Source: an uncultured Methanosarcinales archaeon (lineage in GTDB: Archaea > Nanobdellota > Nanobdellia > Woesearchaeales > CAZOXR01). Taken from it: a stretch of 61,770 nt of DNA. The number at the start of each line of letters is the position of its first letter. Position 1 is the stretch's first letter. The notes beneath the pieces were generated by a model. It worked only from the letters and a program-made list of their open reading frames with translations, ran no database searches and was not told where the DNA came from. The position numbers and the translations under genes are program-made. The stretch lies in NCBI GenBank assembly GCA_964566535.1, contig CAZMIO010000006.1:1-61770 (forward strand), given 5' to 3'. Of this stretch, positions 19,957-28,682 are shown in pieces.

Positions 19957-20066
19957 GAGATTTCTTTCAAGTTTTAAAGAAATCTCTTCTGGGAAAAAAG
20001 GGATGTTTAGCGAAACTCCATAATTGATTTTTGATGTAGTCGAAAATCATTATTTGGGAGTTTTGC
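19957..20066. other. Two hairpins in the leader of the endonuclease gene
   Basis: GAGATTTCTTT-N8-AAAGAAATCTC (19957-19986, perfect 11 bp) and a long imperfect stem at 20010-20066. Confidence 0.75.
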
Positions 20067-20094
20067 GTGTCCTCTTTTTAGAATTAGTCTACCT

Positions 20095-20190
20095 TTAAAT
20101 ATCTTTGTTGTAAGTGTCCAGTACTAAAAATCTGTTAGGATATGCTATTGCTGTTGTTATGTAAAATTTTTTGTTTTTTAGTTTAACCAC
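20095..20190 (-). pseudogene. metG: Stranded original 5' end of metG (VVKLKNKKFYITTAIAYPN, then unrelated sequence and stop)
   Basis: 13/13 aa identity to MetRS residues 3-15; TATA box ATATATAAATA ~24 nt upstream of GTG 20190. Confidence 0.9.
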
Positions 20191-20269
20191 CTAATAAATA
20201 AGTAGAAATTAGGTATTTATATATGTTGCTGAAAAATGAGAAAATTCTTATATCCACTTAAATTTCCAA

Positions 20270-21127
20270 TTGAAAATGAATGCATGGAGCTTTTTGCAGC
20301 TTGAAGGATTAGGAAGATCAGATGTACCTGATGAAGAATTACATTATAAATTATCATCTCAGACATACAATAATATAAGAGATATTACTTTGAGAGCAAC
20401 AGTATTGGAAAACGGAATGCGTGTAATTCTACCTTATAAAAATGGGCAGCTTTGGGTACCAGATCCTTTTTACCCTGACAATCAAGGTGCTCAAACAAAA
20501 GAAATGAATGTAAGCCTTGATTGGTCTGATACAGGTTTTAATAGGGTACCTATCAGTGAAGATCCACTTATCACTGCTAAACGCATGAAATTTATTGAAG
20601 CAGGGGAGGGAAACCTCCTTCTAGGAACAACTTATGAATATGGTTGGGTTAGTGTAGCTACATTTAAAGACCTTGAAAGTGATAATCCAGTTGATTCTGT
20701 AGAAAATATCAATATCGAAGGAGGCTTAATGTATGATGGAGAAAATAATTTAGCTAGATATGAATTCCTTTGTCCAGGTTTAACAAGTTTTCCGTTTAGA
20801 GGTACAATTTATTATAGTGGTTGGAATGGAGTTGGATTTGGGTATACATCACATCATGAGCGAGGGCAAATTCCAGAAGAATTTACACTTGAAGCTTGTC
20901 CAATTGGAAGTAGCAGTGAGGCTAGGCAGCTAGAAAGTGAAGTTCTTAGGTCAGAGCAAAAAAGAAGAGAAGTAACAGAAGAAACACTTCCAAGAATTGA
21001 AGGAGCGCAAGATTTACCAGAAACAATAACAGTTCCAGAGTTGGAGTCTGTAATCTCAAAATTACTTAGAGATGTTGCTCTGGGTGAACCATCAGATCCA
21101 TTTGACTATTTTAGAGAAGTTAGATAA
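20270..21127 (+). CDS. Hypothetical protein (ORFan), ~285 aa
   Basis: Long ORF with natural composition; no recognised motif. Confidence 0.7.
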   Translation: MKMNAWSFLQLEGLGRSDVPDEELHYKLSSQTYNNIRDITLRATVLENGMRVILPYKNGQLWVPDPFYPDNQGAQTKEMNVSLDWSDTGFNRVPISEDPLITAKRMKFIEAGEGNLLLGTTYEYGWVSVATFKDLESDNPVDSVENINIEGGLMYDGENNLARYEFLCPGLTSFPFRGTIYYSGWNGVGFGYTSHHERGQIPEEFTLEACPIGSSSEARQLESEVLRSEQKRREVTEETLPRIEGAQDLPETITVPELESVISKLLRDVALGEPSDPFDYFREVR

Positions 21128-21138
21128 TAAAAATGATA

Positions 21139-21375
21139 TTATGTTTGAAGAGCGAATTTCTTTCCAATAAACTTTTCTTTAACTTGTGCAGGAATACCAG
21201 ATGGTTTTTCAGTAAATCCTAGATTAAAGGCTGTTTGTGCTGAAATCCAGACTGCATCCTTGCTTTTTTGTGCAACCTTTTTAGACTTTTCTACGAAGAA
21301 GAGTAAATATCCTGTAATATTATCAATTGTCTTAGTTTTAACATCAGTTATTTTTCCTAATTCTAATCCACTCAT
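21139..21375 (-). CDS. Hypothetical protein, 78 aa
   Basis: GGTGA SD; follows the zinc-ribbon gene. Confidence 0.65.
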   Translation of the reverse strand: MSGLELGKITDVKTKTIDNITGYLLFFVEKSKKVAQKSKDAVWISAQTAFNLGFTEKPSGIPAQVKEKFIGKKFALQT

Positions 21376-21394
21376 TTTAGATCACCTTTTTATT

Positions 21395-21793
21395 TTATTT
21401 TTTCTTAGGTACTTTCATCTTTTTTGTTATGGCTATTTTTTCTCCACAGGCACCACAGGGGAAGACATAGGATTTAACTCCTTGGTAAGTTTTTAATTTG
21501 TATTCTGTTTGGGCTTCTCCGTCTTTTTCGCAGTGTGGGCAGGTGTATTTGACGCTTACTTTTAGTTTTTCTTCTGCTTCTTCATTAGTCATCTGTGCTT
21601 TACATTTAGGACATTCAAAGTATTCTGCTTTTTTGTCTGGTTTTCCGTTCTTTTTTATTGGTTTACCGAATCTTCCTTCATTGCACTTTTCGCATAGGGG
21701 TCTTAGTACCCATGCCATTGTTTTTCCGCCGCCTATTGTTCTGTTTGTAAAGTATAAGCAATCATCCATTGATTTTGGTTCTTCTAAAGTCAT
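21395..21793 (-). CDS. Multi zinc-ribbon protein (start revised to MTLEEP at 21793)
   Basis: Four CxxC pairs (CEKC, CPKC, CPHC, CGAC); GGAGG SD before ATG 21793. Confidence 0.85.
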   Translation of the reverse strand: MTLEEPKSMDDCLYFTNRTIGGGKTMAWVLRPLCEKCNEGRFGKPIKKNGKPDKKAEYFECPKCKAQMTNEEAEEKLKVSVKYTCPHCEKDGEAQTEYKLKTYQGVKSYVFPCGACGEKIAITKKMKVPKKK

Positions 21794-21903
21794 TTTATTG
21801 TTCCTCCTTAGTTGATTTTTAATTAGTACTTTTTCCAATACGGTTAAATTTGTTTTCCATTAGTTGAAATTGTTTAATTTTAAATAAAGACGGTTCCATA
21901 CTT

Positions 21904-21941
21904 GCAATTTTCCTTGCCTAAATTTGTGAAGGGAAAATTGC
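21904..21941. repeat. 38-bp hairpin GCAATTTTCCTT...AAGGGAAAATTGC
   Basis: Inverted arms related to 2100-2137. Confidence 0.65.
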
Positions 21942-22006
21942 GGATTACATCTCGTTTTTTTGATTTAATTTAAAAGTTTTTAATGATTAGTTTTTTATTG
22001 GAAAAT

Positions 22007-22819
22007 TTATTCTTTTCTTTTTATTTCGATACTGATTGCTTGTTCTTCTACTCTTATATACCTCGGGCATTGCGTGAATTCTAGATTATGTTTTCTGCAG
22101 TAGTTTATAATCTTTTCTTTTTCTTGTTCAGTTGTGTATTTTACTACTACGTTTAGTCCGTTGTGGTCTTTGTGGAGAATGTTTAGGTCTTTTAAGTCTT
22201 GTTTTACTTTTTTGTTTAGTTTGTCGAAGAGTTCGTATCTTTTTTCTAGATTGTTTAGGTTTTTCAGTAATTGTGGAAGTTGTTTTTCGTCGAAAGTTGT
22301 GGTGTTGAAAATTTCTTTTGGCAATTCGAAGTTTTCTTTTTTGTTTGTTGAGACGAATCCGCCGTACTTTAGATTTACTGGTTTCCATTTGCCGAATGAT
22401 GCTAACATGAAGTCTGAGTTGTTCTTTGTTTTTCCTAACGCTGCTGTTATGTCTAGGATCACTAAGCAATTATTTTTTTTGCAGATGTTGTAGATTTCTT
22501 TTACATCTTGGTTTGCGAAGTAACCAGCAGGTTCTGAGTAGATAATTGCACAAGCTGTCTTTGACTTATTTTTTAGGTCTTTTAGGTCTATTACCCCATA
22601 ATCTGTTTTTATTTTTTCAGTCTTTAGCCCTAGCATCTTAGGATATTTTAGGTAAGTAAACCAACCGCCTTGGTCTGGAACTAGAATTGTCTTTCTTTTT
22701 GGATTTAGTTTTCTTACGCAGTATAATGCTGCAAATATTGCAGTATTTCCTCTAGAAGTTAACTTTATGTAGTTATGTGAAGTTAGTTCTTTTAGTTTGG
22801 TTATTACTTTATCTTTCAT
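22007..22819 (-). CDS. PLP-dependent aminotransferase-like protein (DegT/DnrJ/EryC1/StrS-like, short)
   Basis: TSRGNTAIFAAL, ILVPDQGG, LVILDITAALG, SFGKWKPV...GG motifs. Confidence 0.75.
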   Translation of the reverse strand: MKDKVITKLKELTSHNYIKLTSRGNTAIFAALYCVRKLNPKRKTILVPDQGGWFTYLKYPKMLGLKTEKIKTDYGVIDLKDLKNKSKTACAIIYSEPAGYFANQDVKEIYNICKKNNCLVILDITAALGKTKNNSDFMLASFGKWKPVNLKYGGFVSTNKKENFELPKEIFNTTTFDEKQLPQLLKNLNNLEKRYELFDKLNKKVKQDLKDLNILHKDHNGLNVVVKYTTEQEKEKIINYCRKHNLEFTQCPRYIRVEEQAISIEIKRKE

Positions 22820-22861
22820 AGGGTTATTTGGTTTCTATTCATTTAAATTACTTTCTTTAAT
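22783..22861. repeat. Direct repeat copy 1 (promoter plus first 12 codons of the aminotransferase gene)
   Basis: Aligns with 23776-23855. Confidence 0.9.
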
Positions 22862-22928
22862 GTCGGAACAAAAAATTTATATAATTTATTGGGTTTTTGA
22901 TATTATTAGAACGAAAGGAGGCAGTATT

Positions 22929-23771
22929 ATGGTTGAACCAATTTCATATCGCGAGGTAAAAGGAAGGGACATTATAATTGGAGCTACTTTGCCAGAAGGA
23001 GTTGTGCAGTCTCATGGGGTGTTTGCTTCTTATTTTGAAGGAACTTTTCCAGATATTGCGGGAGAGGGTAGAGAGTTTTACAAAGAAGTTGCTCTTTTAC
23101 AACCAGATGACGAACAAGCAGGTTTTGCGTTACAACACCTAGGATCACTTAGCGATGATGTAGATGCACAGCTTAACATAGGTGTTGGAGCTACTGATTC
23201 CGACATTAGTAGATTGACAGTGTCAGGTCATGTTAATATCAGGGGTAATCTTCGGGATACAAAAAAAGGATATTATCCTTCTGATGTTGTTTCTTCGGCA
23301 CTATATGCGTTGGTTACAGGAGAACCATTTTTATTTGAACCTGATCAAGAAAATGAAGGTGGAGGGTTTGGAACTTGTTCTGATACTATTTCTTATGTGG
23401 AAATACCTATTCCAGTAGCTAATCCAACTCTTGCAAGAATGGAGAAAGCATTAGGACATGCTATAGAGACTCATAATTACTTGAATGGGGATGTTCGAGA
23501 ACAAATTGTTGAAGCTATATCTGGATTAGAGGGGCATTTTGAGCATAGACATGAGGTTGTTTTAGCACACGCACCATATAAAGATGCAGTTAGTGGAGCA
23601 TTAGGTGGAAAGTTGTTTTCAACTTTTGGCGGTGAACATGGAGCTATTTTATCTATTTTATCCGATCAGATTAGATTGGAAAGACGTGGAATCGATCAAA
23701 GGTTTGAGGAGCTTCGATTAGAACATCCTACTCTTCAACAACTTCTTACATATGCTAGACTAGACGGGTAG
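22929..23771 (+). CDS. Hypothetical protein (ORFan), 280 aa (start revised to MVEPIS)
   Basis: GGAGG SD before ATG 22929; the longer ORF call overlaps the divergent gene. Confidence 0.75.
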   Translation: MVEPISYREVKGRDIIIGATLPEGVVQSHGVFASYFEGTFPDIAGEGREFYKEVALLQPDDEQAGFALQHLGSLSDDVDAQLNIGVGATDSDISRLTVSGHVNIRGNLRDTKKGYYPSDVVSSALYALVTGEPFLFEPDQENEGGGFGTCSDTISYVEIPIPVANPTLARMEKALGHAIETHNYLNGDVREQIVEAISGLEGHFEHRHEVVLAHAPYKDAVSGALGGKLFSTFGGEHGAILSILSDQIRLERRGIDQRFEELRLEHPTLQQLLTYARLDG

Positions 23772-23775
23772 AGAT

Positions 23776-23855
23776 TTAGTTCTTTTAGCTTAGTTATTAC
23801 TTTATTTTCCATTAGATTTAATTGATTATTAATCATTTAAATTACTTTCTTTAAT
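23776..23855 (-). pseudogene. Direct repeat copy 2: stranded promoter and 5' end (MENKVITKLKEL) of the aminotransferase gene
   Basis: MENKVITKLKEL versus MKDKVITKLKEL; the terminal 23 bp including the TATA element are identical. Confidence 0.85.
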
Positions 23856-23931
23856 TGATCTTTAAGTAGAAATGTTTTTATAGAAATAATCGTTTCTCGT
23901 TGTAATATTAGTAATAGAATGGGGGAGAAAA

Positions 23932-24315
23932 ATGGAAAAAAATGTTCAAGGACCAATTAGTGAAGGTGTAGGTGTTTTAGATAATATTCGGAGTTCGGTA
24001 AGAGTTGTAGGTTTAGCATTGTTAGCAACAGTTGCTGCTGGATGTGCTTCGCTATCAAGTGGAACTGGTTCAAACCCATTTCAAGTTGGAGACACGGGAT
24101 ATTTTGCAGATACAACTAGAAATGCTAGTTTATTGAGACTGGCTGCTTATAATAAATATGATTTAGCAAAACTAGATAGGGATTGGGATATGGTAATAGA
24201 TGAAGGTGAATTTGGTACCATACATGATCATCCTGAACTTGAAAATAGGATGTACGGAGATAGAAGTGCAAGTGGTAGGATAGCTGAATACGCTCCGCCT
24301 CCAAGAATTGATTAA
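23932..24315 (+). CDS. Putative lipoprotein, 127 aa
   Basis: Hydrophobic stretch ending in lipobox-like VAAGC. Confidence 0.65.
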   Translation: MEKNVQGPISEGVGVLDNIRSSVRVVGLALLATVAAGCASLSSGTGSNPFQVGDTGYFADTTRNASLLRLAAYNKYDLAKLDRDWDMVIDEGEFGTIHDHPELENRMYGDRSASGRIAEYAPPPRID

Positions 24316-24420
24316 GGGAAATCCATAATTTTTATTTCTTATTTATTTTCTAAATTTAAGACTATTGATTATTTTATTCTTAAAGCTTAAGATATTTCCA
24401 TCTAACGAAAGGTTTATATA

Positions 24421-24440
24421 ATGTAGGTATATACCTGTAT
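24421..24440 (+). promoter_or_regulatory. Palindromic operator (core AGGTATATACCT) between TATA box and leaderless ATG
   Basis: Perfect 12-bp palindrome just downstream of TTTATATA (24413-24420). Confidence 0.6.
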
Positions 24441-24445
24441 ATACA

Positions 24446-25216
24446 ATGATTAAGTTAACTAAGACTGTACAAGAATTAGGAAATGGAGGGCATATTTACT
24501 TGCCTAAGGAACTTATTGGGCAACAAGTGGTAGTTATTGCTACAAAGTCTGAAGAAGAGATAAGAAAAGAAGTATTGAACATTTTATTTCCCTATCTTTC
24601 TCATGTTAAAGGGGTTTATTTGCATGGTTCTTATGCACGTGGAGAACAAACTCCAGAATCTGATATTGATATTTTGGTTGTGGCTGATAAGAAGTTGAGT
24701 ATAGATTGTAGAGTTGGGCGATATGATATAACTACAACTACATTAGAAGGTATTAAGAAAACAATTGATAAGAATGCACCCTTAATACTTCCCATGGTTA
24801 AGGAAGCGAAGGCAATTATTAACGATAGTTTGATAGATTGGTTAAGGAAGGAGAAGATTACTAAGAAGAATATTAAGTGGTATGTAGAAACTACTGGGAG
24901 TGCATTAAAAGTGGTTGAGATATTGGTTGGGGATGAGATGAAATCCTCCATCCCTAACATTGTATATACTTTGATGTTAAGGTTGAAGGGGTTGTTGTCT
25001 ATTAAGCTGTTGAAGGAAGGCAGAGGATATTCGAATAAGGCTTTATTTCAGTATTTGGCTGGAAATGGGATTGAAGAAGGTAAGGAATTATATCATATTT
25101 ATTCTATAACTCGGGATAGGAAGAGAATACATTATGAATTGGATGATTATTCCGAAATTAGTAAATTATTAAAATTAACCAAGATTCTTCTGAAAGAGGT
25201 TAAGAAGTATGGGTAA
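24446..25216 (+). CDS. DUF2080/AbrB-like domain fused to minimal nucleotidyltransferase and a helical (HEPN-like) domain
   Basis: KTVQELGNGGHIYLPKELIGQQV; GVYLHGSYARGEQTPESDIDILVV. Confidence 0.85.
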   Translation: MIKLTKTVQELGNGGHIYLPKELIGQQVVVIATKSEEEIRKEVLNILFPYLSHVKGVYLHGSYARGEQTPESDIDILVVADKKLSIDCRVGRYDITTTTLEGIKKTIDKNAPLILPMVKEAKAIINDSLIDWLRKEKITKKNIKWYVETTGSALKVVEILVGDEMKSSIPNIVYTLMLRLKGLLSIKLLKEGRGYSNKALFQYLAGNGIEEGKELYHIYSITRDRKRIHYELDDYSEISKLLKLTKILLKEVKKYG

Positions 25217-25418
25217 GAAGAAGTACAAAAAGGGGATTGACAGTTTAGATGGGGAGCTGACGAAGCACATTGACAAGTTTAAGGAAGCAATGGATAGGGA
25301 TGATGAGGGTGCTATGAGTTACATGGCAAGAGAGATGGATGCTTTGATTGAGGAGAAAAAGAAAAGGGAAATTAAACTGTTGCCTAGAGACAAAAGAATA
25401 AAATTGAAGAAAAAATGA
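25209..25418 (+). CDS. Small charged helical protein, 69 aa
   Basis: Overlaps both neighbours (translational coupling). Confidence 0.7.
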   Translation: MGKKKYKKGIDSLDGELTKHIDKFKEAMDRDDEGAMSYMAREMDALIEEKKKREIKLLPRDKRIKLKKK

Positions 25419-27337
25419 ACTATAAAAACTTTAAATTAGATGAGTTTCAGATAAAGGCGATAGAAGCGATAGAAAACAATCATTCTGTTGTAGTCTCTGC
25501 TCCGACAGGTTCTGGGAAGACATTAATTGCTGATTATATTATCAATAAGGATGTTAAGAAGGGGATTAAGGTAATTTATACTGCTCCTATTAAGGCGTTG
25601 TCTAATCAAAAGTATAAGGATTTTTGTGAAGAATATGGTAAGGATAAGATTGGGCTTTTGACTGGTGATGTTGTTAAGAATCATTCTGCTCAGATTTTGA
25701 TTATGACTACGGAGATTTATCGAAATATGGCACTTACAAATGATCCTATAATGGAGGAGATCTCTTATGTGGTGTTTGATGAGATTCATTACATAAATGA
25801 TATTGAAAGAGGTTATGTGTGGGAGGAATCTATTATCTTTTCTCATGATAAAGTAAGGTTTCTTTGTTTGTCTGCAACGATTCCAAATGCAAAGGAGTTT
25901 GCTTCATGGATTGAGTCTATAAAGTCACATAAAGTAGAGGTGGTAGTTCAGAACAAGAGGGAAGTTCCGCTTGAGAAAAACTTTTTTGATACTGAGCTTG
26001 GAATTACTTCTTTAGAGGGCATAAAAGATGTTGCAGATATTCCTAGTTATGGTTATGTTAGGGGGAGAAGACGGTCTAGGGTGCCAAGGATGAAGCCCCC
26101 TTCGCATGTGCACTTGATCCAGGAGATTATGGATAAATTGCCTTGTTTGTTCTTTAATTTTTCAAGGGCTAAGTGTCAGGATAGTGCTAATGAACTTGCT
26201 AGAGCAAATTTGTTTAAGCTTAATCCTAAAATAAGTTCTTATGTTAGGAAGAGGCTGGAAGGGTCGCCTCCTGAAGTGAAGGAGTTAGGGTCGTCAAAAA
26301 TTCTTTTGAGAACGCTACCTTATGGTATTGCGTTTCATCATGCAGGGCTTTTGCCAATAATGAAGGAGATTATTGAGGAGTTATTTGGAGAAGGTCTGAT
26401 TAAGGTTTTGTATACTACGGAAACATTTGCAGTAGGCATAAACATGCCAGCAAAGACTGTTTGTTTTGAGTCTCTACGGAAATTTGATGGAGCTAACTTT
26501 CGTTTCTTGAATTCGAAAGAATATTTTCAGATTTCTGGAAGAGCTGGTAGGAGAGGGATAGATAAGAAAGGTTATTCGTATGCGATGATTAATCGGAGAG
26601 ATTTTGATTATGGGGTTATTAAGAGAATAACTGATGTTGATAAGGATCCTATAAAGTCGCAGTTTAAGTTGTCTGTGAATACTGTATTGAATTTAATTAA
26701 GAATCATGATCGAGGGGAGATTGATACTATACTTCGGAATAATTTCTATACTTTCCAGAGATATGGGAAGGGTTTGGCTAAAGTTAGGAAAAATACTTTC
26801 TTTTATAGTTTTGAGAAAACGAAGAAGAAGTTAGAGAGATTAGGTTATGTTAGTGAAGGTAAATTAACTGATAAGGGAGAGTTTTCTTCTAAGATTTATG
26901 CTGATGTGATTATGATTGGAGAGATATTTTCAACAGAATTCTATTTGGATTTGAATGAGTATCAACTTCTTTTGCTTCTTGCTTGTCTTTGCTATGAGCC
27001 AAGAGAGAAGACTGAACTTTATGAGGAATATCATTCTAAGTTTTTGAGTGACCTGAAAAAGGCAGTTAAGATGGATAAGTATATTGGCAGTGATCAGAGA
27101 TTTAGGAACCTTGATTCTATAACTGCATTAATGCATCCTTGTTTTAAAGGAGAGTCTATCTTTGAGGTTATGAAGAACACAAATCTTCTTGAGGGTGATT
27201 TGATAAGGTTCTTTAGGCAGATACTTGATAGGATCAATCAGATAAAGAAAGCAACTGAGGATAGACGGCTTAAGCAGATTGTTAGGAACTGTCAAGACTT
27301 GGTGTTGAATTGTTTGAAGGATATTGATGTGGTATGA
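25415..27337 (+). CDS. Ski2/HelY-like DExH RNA helicase with DSHCT-like C-terminus
   Basis: APTGSGKT, PIKALSNQK, DEIH, LSAT, HHAGL, TETFAVGINMPA, QISGRAGRRG, EGDLIR. Confidence 0.93.
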   Translation: MNYKNFKLDEFQIKAIEAIENNHSVVVSAPTGSGKTLIADYIINKDVKKGIKVIYTAPIKALSNQKYKDFCEEYGKDKIGLLTGDVVKNHSAQILIMTTEIYRNMALTNDPIMEEISYVVFDEIHYINDIERGYVWEESIIFSHDKVRFLCLSATIPNAKEFASWIESIKSHKVEVVVQNKREVPLEKNFFDTELGITSLEGIKDVADIPSYGYVRGRRRSRVPRMKPPSHVHLIQEIMDKLPCLFFNFSRAKCQDSANELARANLFKLNPKISSYVRKRLEGSPPEVKELGSSKILLRTLPYGIAFHHAGLLPIMKEIIEELFGEGLIKVLYTTETFAVGINMPAKTVCFESLRKFDGANFRFLNSKEYFQISGRAGRRGIDKKGYSYAMINRRDFDYGVIKRITDVDKDPIKSQFKLSVNTVLNLIKNHDRGEIDTILRNNFYTFQRYGKGLAKVRKNTFFYSFEKTKKKLERLGYVSEGKLTDKGEFSSKIYADVIMIGEIFSTEFYLDLNEYQLLLLLACLCYEPREKTELYEEYHSKFLSDLKKAVKMDKYIGSDQRFRNLDSITALMHPCFKGESIFEVMKNTNLLEGDLIRFFRQILDRINQIKKATEDRRLKQIVRNCQDLVLNCLKDIDVV

Positions 27338-27816
27338 CGTATTACGATGAGATTTCTGAAGGGTATGAAGAGTTGCATAGTGAGGAGCAGTTGAAGAAGG
27401 TAGCTTTGATTAAGGGGAAGTTGGAGTTGAAGAAATCTGATAAGTTGTTAGATGTTGGTTGTGGTACTGGGTTGACAACTGAACCTTGGTCATGTGAAAG
27501 GTATGGTGTTGATCCTGCTAAGCAGTTGCTTGCTAAGGCTAGGAATAAGGATGAGATTGAGTATAAGTTAGCACCTGCCGAGGATATTCCTTATGATGAT
27601 AACACCTTTGATGTTGTTATTTCGATTACTGCTATACAGAACTTTGCTGATGTTGAGAAGGGGCTTAGCGAGATTAAGAGAGTTGGTAAGGATAGGTTTG
27701 TACTTAGTTTTTTGAAGAAATCAGCTAAAAAAAGGGAGATTGATAAATTGATTAGGGAGATGTTTGATGTTTCTGAGGTTGTTGAAGAAGAGAAGGATAT
27801 GATTTATTTTTGTTGA
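27334..27816 (+). CDS. Class I SAM-dependent methyltransferase
   Basis: LLDVGCGTG, GVDP, AEDIPYDDNTFDVVIS. Confidence 0.92.
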   Translation: MTYYDEISEGYEELHSEEQLKKVALIKGKLELKKSDKLLDVGCGTGLTTEPWSCERYGVDPAKQLLAKARNKDEIEYKLAPAEDIPYDDNTFDVVISITAIQNFADVEKGLSEIKRVGKDRFVLSFLKKSAKKREIDKLIREMFDVSEVVEEEKDMIYFC

Positions 27817-27878
27817 ATATTCTTATAGTAATAATTTATACAGAACATCTTAAAAATGAATAAATAACCCTTTTTCTA

Positions 27879-28646
27879 ATGGGAATTGATGTTAATGTTG
27901 AAGTTGAAAATGCAAGGTTTGCAGGGTTAGATTATGAAGGCAGGTTTAGGAGGGCGCTTGAGTTATTTGGAGATGGACTTTACTTGATGACTAGTGCAGG
28001 ACAAGATTCTGCTGTTATTCAGTATTTGGCTAGGGAAGCTTTGGGAAACGATATGCCCCCTACACTCTTTATTGATACTGGGTTTTATCCAGATTCTACT
28101 CATGAGCAGTTGGGGTATCTAGATGGGCTATGTAGTGAAATTGTTGAACGTAGACCAACTATTGATCCCGGTGTTGCAAAGAGGGAATGGGAGGCTATTG
28201 AGGCAGAGAGATACGATTTTGTTTGTTTAATGGATGATAAGTATGATGGTTTTAAGTTTATTGGGGCTGATAGGAAAGCTATTGCTAAATTAATGAGTGA
28301 TGATGAGTATGTACACTTGACTGAAAGAGTGGATGCTTTGCAGAAAGATTATGATGCTTTTTGCAGGAAGATTAAAGGAGAACCAACTACTGAGGCAATT
28401 GAGGAGTTAGGTATAACTGCTTTTGTTAGAGGAGTAAGGAGAGATCAATCTTCAGATAGGGTGGATACTCCATTTATATCTGAGGGGAGGGAGGCGTATT
28501 CTATTTCCCCCATTGCTGATATGGGACATTTTGATGTTATTGGTGTTAAAGGAGATAATGGTTTGAGAACAAATAATGATCATTATGATATTACTAAAGG
28601 ATTGTGGGATAATAGACAGGAATGTCCTTTGTCTTTTGTTATTTAA
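27879..28646 (+). CDS. PAPS/APS reductase (CysH)-like PP-loop protein, divergent
   Basis: TSAGQDSAV, FIDTGF, GVRRDQSSDR, SPIAD, terminal ECPL. Confidence 0.75.
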   Translation: MGIDVNVEVENARFAGLDYEGRFRRALELFGDGLYLMTSAGQDSAVIQYLAREALGNDMPPTLFIDTGFYPDSTHEQLGYLDGLCSEIVERRPTIDPGVAKREWEAIEAERYDFVCLMDDKYDGFKFIGADRKAIAKLMSDDEYVHLTERVDALQKDYDAFCRKIKGEPTTEAIEELGITAFVRGVRRDQSSDRVDTPFISEGREAYSISPIADMGHFDVIGVKGDNGLRTNNDHYDITKGLWDNRQECPLSFVI

Positions 28647-28682
28647 CAAAATATAAATAGTTGTTAATTTGTAAATGATATT

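Larger units (their letters stand above)
18789..20131 (-). mobile_element. Putative ~1.35 kb homing element inserted into metG: own promoter, hairpin leader, LAGLIDADG ORF and recoded metG 5' end
   Basis: Bounded by two synonymously divergent copies of the KKFYITTAIAYPN coding sequence (20172-20134 and 18827-18789); the downstream boundary is approximate. Confidence 0.75.

Noticed and set aside
18789..20131. Group I or bulge-helix-bulge intron, or intein, in metG
   Set aside because: No recognisable ribozyme core or BHB junction, no intein termini, and metG has a complete start of its own; not formally excluded without RNA data
21819..21860. Minus-strand mini-ORF MENKFNRIGKSTN resembling the starts at 23812 and 49388
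   Set aside because: Only 4-5 codons match in AT-rich DNA; could be chance, so not counted as a third 5'-end scar
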